From contig NIVC01004526.1 in NCBI GenBank assembly GCA_002269645.1, positions 1 to 43,268 on the forward strand: a stretch of 43,268 nt of DNA. The letters run 5' to 3'. The stretch comes from Macrostomum lignano. Its lineage: Eukaryota. Of the stretch, positions 38,443-43,268 are shown piece by piece. Every line of letters starts with the position of its first letter. Within the stretch, counting starts at the first letter, position 1. The translations under genes and the position numbers were made by a program. Under the pieces are notes generated by a model. That model worked only from the letters and a program-made list of their open reading frames with translations. It had not been told where the DNA came from and made no database searches.

Positions 38443-39914
38443 ATGGCTGAAACAAAAACTATGTGGAGTGATAAATTTCATTTCAAAAAGCACCGACAGT
38501 ATATTAATGAGGTCAGAGCAAGAGATTTAAATTATACCCTACCAACAAGTGATAATTCAAATAACTTTACTACTGGAACGGTAACTTTTGACATCGGCGC
38601 AACCAACACTATATTGGATATGAAAAATGCGTTTTTCCGCGTTAGATGGTTGTATACTAGAAATGATGGAACTGCTCTTGCAGCCGGAGATATCGCAGAT
38701 CGATCCGGAATAATAATAGAAAATGATTGGTTTTATAAATGTTTTTCCCAAGCTCAACTAACTGTTAATGGTGCTGAGGTTGAGACATCATCAAACCCCG
38801 CAGAGATTAATGGAGTTTTGAAACATTTAAATTATACTTATTTATCAAAACAAGTTGGTGATAATGTTGGGTGGATGCCGGATAAAGGTAACGGTCAAGC
38901 AGTAGTTTTCCCTAATGTACAAAACGCAGCTGGTGCAGATACTGCAGCTCTAATTGCTTACCTTAATACAAACATAGTTCCAGTTGTAACCACTATGACT
39001 AATACAAAAGATATTAATACTGGTTTTATAGATCGTCAGAATAAATTCCCAGTCGTGGTTTTAACCACAGCAACAGCATATGAGCAGGACTTTTCAATCT
39101 TCCCGCTATTTGGGTTCTTCTCACCAAATCGGGTATGGAAAGGATTAAAATTTGGGATACAGTTGCAAATATCTGGTGGATATCAGCCTAGGATACTTTA
39201 TGGAACCTCAATTTCAACCGATATAGCAGTTCGTATAGATTCAATTCAATTAGTCGTACCAACTATTGAGGTAACAGCCCCACTTTTAAAACACATCGAT
39301 AATCAGTTAACGCATGATCAGGAAATATTTTATTTGAATCGTCGACATTTTATGCGAACCATTAATAACAATCAGGATTCATTCCAGTGGCAAATACTGA
39401 CATCAAAACGTCGGGTGAGATATATTTTTGTTTGGTTTAAAATAACAAACAGAAGGAGTAAAAGAGCAAATGGGGATTTATATTGGCTTCAATCGGGTGA
39501 CATAGCAGCACAAGCAGCTACCGCAACAGACAACGCAGTTGCTGCAATTAACGAGTTTAATGTTCAGAATATCCGCCTGCAGGTTGATGATCAATATTAT
39601 CCGGTTAAAGACCCCCTAAATTTAAATATAGCAAATATAATGTTAATGATTTTATAAAATATTATCAAGATTATGCCAAAAATGAAGCATATGCCGTCCC
39701 TCAGTACACACCCACAGAGTTTCTAAACATTCATCCAGTGGTTGTTTATGATCTAACGGCACAGAAAGAAAACGTAGCCAATATTGGACTTAATTATATG
39801 TTAGAGATTAATAAAACCGGTAATCAGGCACTTGACGCCCACGTATTGTTTCTAGAGGAATATATGTCAATTGCTAAAGCTGATGGCACGATTGTTCGGG
39901 ACGCGCCGCTGTAA
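38443..39914 (+). CDS. Double jelly-roll major capsid protein (frameshift near 39636)
   Basis: TFDIGATN..LDMKNAFFRV; CFSQAQLTVNGAEVE; RVRYIFVWF; VQNIRLQVDDQYYP. A second frame continues DFIKYYQDY...EFLNIHPVVVYDLTAQKE to TAA at 39912-39914. Confidence 0.88.
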
Positions 39915-39965
39915 AATGAGTGCAGGTCTCCGACCGTCGCGCCTATTTAAATTATTTCTTTAAAA

Positions 39966-40767
39966 ATGGTAAAGGCAAAACACGATAAGATATTTCCAAA
40001 TGATCCTTTTCTTTGTTTAGTAATTGGTGGGTCGGGTAAAGGAAAAACACACTTTGTTTATGACCTGATAACAACCGATGGAATGCTAGACTATAATAAT
40101 TTAATAATTTATACTAACAAACCTAGAATAAAATATTATGAATTTCTTAAACATGGATTAAAAAACAAATTAAAAAAAGATGTCTTGTTTAGAATGTTAA
40201 GAGCATATGAGCAATATGAGGATGATGACGAACCGCGATTTAATCTAGCAGACATTGAGGATTTATGTAAAACAATGGCACAACAGCCAGAAAACATCAC
40301 CGATCGCCCCGAAGGGTCGCGGACTTCGTCCGATCGAGCTCCAACTGTTAGAGTATCAACCCGATTAGCCTATGATCAAATTCCAAAACATGATAAAACA
40401 CTAATTATTTTTTGATGATTGTATTAATGACGGGGATCAAGAATTACAAAAGGAAATTTTTGTTAGTGGTAGAGGAGATGGAATCGGAGCTTTTTATCTA
40501 ACACAGTCCTTTAGAGAATTAGAATCGATTATAAAAAAGAATGCAAGTTGTTGTGTAATGTTTGATTTAGATAATTATGATTTACAAAATATACACGCTA
40601 GATTTAATCCCGGGTTGGATGCAAAACCATTTAAAAGTATGTGTAAAAAAATTTGGGATGATAGCCAATACAAACATATTTATATCAATCCGAGGTTAGA
40701 AAGGAAACATAGAATTTTAACAAATTTGATAAAAGAAGATAATGAGGAAGAAGAGGATCGTGCATAG
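39966..40767 (+). CDS. A32/FtsK-like genome packaging ATPase (one extra T in the T run near 40410)
   Basis: Walker A LVIGGSGKGKT; Walker B LIIF|DDC across the frameshift; downstream GRGDGIGAFYLTQS and IKKNAS motifs. Confidence 0.9.
40303..40334. repeat. Double-hairpin element copy 3 (in frame within the ATPase)
   Basis: AT-CGCCCC-GAA-GGGTCG-CGGAC-TTC-GTCCG-AT. Confidence 0.85.
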
Positions 40768-40845
40768 CACGCGTACCTTCGTACGATCGCCCCATAGGGT
40801 CGCGAACTTCGTTCGATCGTGCATAGCATGCGGACTTCGTCCGAT
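40757..40845. repeat. Tandem trimer of double-hairpin elements (six hairpins)
   Basis: AT-CGTGC-ATA-GCACG-CGTAC-CTTC-GTACG-AT-CGCCCC-ATA-GGGTCG-CGAAC-TTC-GTTCG-AT-CGTGC-ATA-GCATG-CGGAC-TTC-GTCCG-AT. Confidence 0.9.
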
Positions 40846-40863
40846 TAATTTCCCACTATAAAA

Positions 40864-41637
40864 ATGACTACAAATTTAAATACTATAAAACAATTGGTAG
40901 ATCGAACTAATTCAAAATTTAGTACAACATTACAGTTTATAATGACAACCAGCGAGCAACGGATTCAATTGCGCGATCCATTACAACTTGATCAAAGCCT
41001 AAGTTATCAAATAGGTTTAATACTATTTTCGGTTTTCAACATGCCTCAATTAATTAATGCAACAAATAATCAATTTAGATATTCTAAAGATTCCGGAGCC
41101 AATTGGACAACATTTAGCGTTAACCCAGGAGCGTATAGCTATACTGATTTGAATGCTTATATAGAAGGAGAATTAACAACTAATGGTGATTGGGTAGCAG
41201 GAGCAATTGTTATAGGTGTTGATTTACCGTCTGGCAGATTCACACTATCACTAGGATCCGGATATCAGGTTGATTTCACAATTGCAAATTCACTCAGAAC
41301 CATACTTGGATTTAATTCCCGAATAGTTACCACATCAAGCACCGGTGATACAGTTGGAAATATAGAGGGTGGAGTAAATACAATTAATATAACAACCGAC
41401 ATTTCAAACGGTGGTTATATAACAGACGATAACGGAGTTTTGGTTCAACGTGGAATTATTTATTCAATCCCATTTCTTGCTGTTCCAATTGGAGAGAAAA
41501 TGATTGTATCACCTCAAACCCCAATATATTACCCATTAAATCAATATAATGTTCAATCAATTTATATTAGGATTGTAGATGAAAGCGATAGATTAATAAG
41601 TTTTGGTGGGCAGTCAATAACAGTATTTTACGTATAA
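40864..41637 (+). CDS. Minor capsid (penton, single jelly-roll) protein
   Basis: LRDPLQLD...YQIGL; F.VNPGAYSYTDLN; SLRTILGF; INITTDISNGGY; PIYYPL...VQSIYIRIVDESDRLISFGG. Confidence 0.85.
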   Translation: MTTNLNTIKQLVDRTNSKFSTTLQFIMTTSEQRIQLRDPLQLDQSLSYQIGLILFSVFNMPQLINATNNQFRYSKDSGANWTTFSVNPGAYSYTDLNAYIEGELTTNGDWVAGAIVIGVDLPSGRFTLSLGSGYQVDFTIANSLRTILGFNSRIVTTSSTGDTVGNIEGGVNTINITTDISNGGYITDDNGVLVQRGIIYSIPFLAVPIGEKMIVSPQTPIYYPLNQYNVQSIYIRIVDESDRLISFGGQSITVFYV

Positions 41638-41658
41638 AACAGGTTTAGTACTGTAAAA

Positions 41659-41868
41659 ATGGGTAATCGAACAACATGTTCGCGTGCAAAGCACGATAAT
41701 AATAATAATTTAATAAAAAAACAATCAGAAAAAGTTAAAAAAGCTGAAGATAATTACGAACTAGAACTAGCAAAATTAAGGCAGTTACAAGCTGATAAAA
41801 TAAGAAAGGAATTGTTAAAACCCACACCTACGAAACTAACTAAAACCAAGAGTTTTTCAGGAACATAA
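41659..41868 (+). CDS. Small basic, coiled-coil hypothetical viral protein
   Basis: 69 aa with TAAAAATG start; Lys-rich. Confidence 0.45.
   Translation: MGNRTTCSRAKHDNNNNLIKKQSEKVKKAEDNYELELAKLRQLQADKIRKELLKPTPTKLTKTKSFSGT
41666..41697. repeat. Double-hairpin element copy (in frame in ORF 41659)
   Basis: AT-CGAACA-ACA-TGTTCG-CGTGC-AAA-GCACG-AT. Confidence 0.9.
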
Positions 41869-41869
41869 A

Positions 41870-42268
41870 ATGACCATGACGTGGGATGATTTTAAACAAA
41901 GATATGGAACAGACACAACAAGCAATATCGAATTAACAAATTGGGCGAGGCAGTTAAAAATAAAACCATTTAGATGTGTTATGCGAGATGAGATAAAAGA
42001 CTTACCACAATATGGATCTTTCATTGTTAATATTGAAACAACAAAAGAAAATGGTGTTCATTGGTCAGCAGTTTATTCAAAACCAAAACTTGTTTATTTT
42101 TTTGATTCATACGCGCTTCCTCCGTTACAGGAAATAAAAGACAAATTTAATCATACTAAAAATCGTTTATGTGGAGATCATCACGAACAGTTTCAAACCT
42201 TTGATAAAAGTTATTGCGGACAAGCGCGTTATATTTTTTATATCGACTTTCGAATGAAGCTCGTGTAA
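41870..42268 (+). CDS. Adenain-like (C5) cysteine protease
   Basis: FIVNIE....GVHWSAV (His), YFFDSYALPP (Asp), QFQTFDKSYCGQ (Gln, Cys); the C-terminus may be frameshifted. Confidence 0.88.
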   Translation: MTMTWDDFKQRYGTDTTSNIELTNWARQLKIKPFRCVMRDEIKDLPQYGSFIVNIETTKENGVHWSAVYSKPKLVYFFDSYALPPLQEIKDKFNHTKNRLCGDHHEQFQTFDKSYCGQARYIFYIDFRMKLV

Positions 42269-42288
42269 ACCACAAAGTATTTAAGACT

Positions 42289-42320
42289 ATCATGCAAAGC
42301 ATGCGAACCTAAGGTTCGAT
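42289..42320. repeat. Double-hairpin element copy, reversed order, intergenic
   Basis: AT-CATGC-AAA-GCATG-CGAACC-TAA-GGTTCG-AT. Confidence 0.9.
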
Positions 42321-42349
42321 TTTAGACTCTATAAAATAGACAGTAAAAA

Positions 42350-43268
42350 ATGTTATTTTCTGGAACACCCTCATGGAACGGAACAACAAGTACTGGTGGT
42401 GGTACTCTGGTGGAATAAGTGTTACATTCGGAGATAATCGATATATTAATGAAGATGAAGGTTATAAAAAAAGTGAAGTTGATACTAAACTAAATTTGAA
42501 ACGAAATGTTGCAGATTCCTATACCAAAACTGAAATCGATACTTCATTAAATCTTAAAAGAGATATTAGCGATTCATATACAAAACAGAGGTTGACACTG
42601 GTTAAATTTAAAAAGAGATATAACTGATTCTTATTCTCGAACTGATTCTGATTCGCGTTATGTTCAAGCCACCGCAACCGGAACTTTAGATATGGATAAC
42701 AATCGAATTATAAATGTTGCAATTACAACGAATAACTCGGTAGTTGATAAGAACTATGTCGATAATCAGGTTGGTAGTCGTAACGGCAATATCAATATGA
42801 ATAATTTTAAATTAACAAATTTATTATTTGGAACAGAGGCCACAGACTCGGTCAATTTAGGGCAGGTCAACGCTCGAGCTAATGTAACCGACGCCGATAT
42901 TTTTGCCACGCCGCTTACATCAAATACTTCAAATCCAGATGTTGTTCTTACAGCATCCGAAAATACCAACGATGCTTTTCGAGTTGGAGATGGAAGCCTT
43001 GCGACACAATGGTCACCAAATACCGGAACCACAACCAATATGGAAATTCAATTTGAATTTTTAGGTTATAATCGAAGAATAAATGAATTAAGAATTACAG
43101 GCAGCGCAACTATTGATATTCCATCGGGATGGTCGGTTCGTGCAAAAATGTTGCTACCGATGCATGGACGGTATTACGAACGTCGGGATCACCAATTCAA
43201 GCAACTTCATTTGCGTTAACTAATTTAACGGTTAATTTTTGGAAATATTATAGCGTTTTATTCCCAAC
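42350..43268 (+). CDS. Fibre/spike-like protein, frameshifted and truncated by the window end
   Basis: TAAAAAATG start at 42350; YTKTEIDTSLNLKRD-type repeats; MDNNRIINV...DKNYVD and INMNNFKLTNL...DSVNLGQ fibre-repeat motifs; possible discoidin-like C-terminal part. Confidence 0.6.

Larger units (their letters stand above)
34633..43268. mobile_element. Endogenous Polinton/Maverick (adintovirus-like) element, left part; runs off the window end
   Basis: AGTAGT terminus, abrupt switch to AT-rich, densely packed ORFs without spliceosomal introns. Encodes rve integrase, double jelly-roll MCP, FtsK/A32 ATPase, penton, adenain protease and a fibre-like ORF. Confidence 0.93.

Noticed and set aside
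34633-43268. Protein-primed DNA polymerase B gene
   Set aside because: No PolB motifs in any ORF here; it may lie beyond the window edge

Overview
Eukaryotic (animal-like) genomic DNA with GC-rich GT-AG exons and minisatellite-filled introns. The style resembles a free-living flatworm such as Macrostomum, but that is inference only. From 1 to about 25.4 kb lie host genes: a multi-domain galectin-like gene (+), then four co-oriented minus-strand genes (Emi1/FBXO5-like, a small TOX4 C-terminal-domain ORF, CCR4/CNOT6, and a caspase-3/7-like gene with a decayed piggyBac in intron 1). From about 25.4 to 30.8 kb is an AT-rich, almost CpG-free island containing a hAT-like MITE. From 34,633 to the window end is an endogenous Polinton/Maverick (adintovirus-like) element inserted into a 15-bp minisatellite. 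It encodes integrase, major and minor capsid, packaging ATPase, adenain protease, a fibre-like protein and an HNH nuclease; no pPolB is inside the window. The main discovery is a 333-nt IC1-type group I intron (36,701-37,033, minus strand) that splits the Ca2+-binding loop of a viral PLA2-integrase fusion gene. Core pairings P1, P3-P9.0 and P10 can be built from the sequence, and the intron ends in A instead of the canonical G. A free-standing HNH endonuclease overlaps the start of that gene, which suggests collaborative homing. The element is also peppered with ~30-bp double-hairpin repeats. Many conserved host and viral ORFs carry single-base frameshifts, probably assembly indels.
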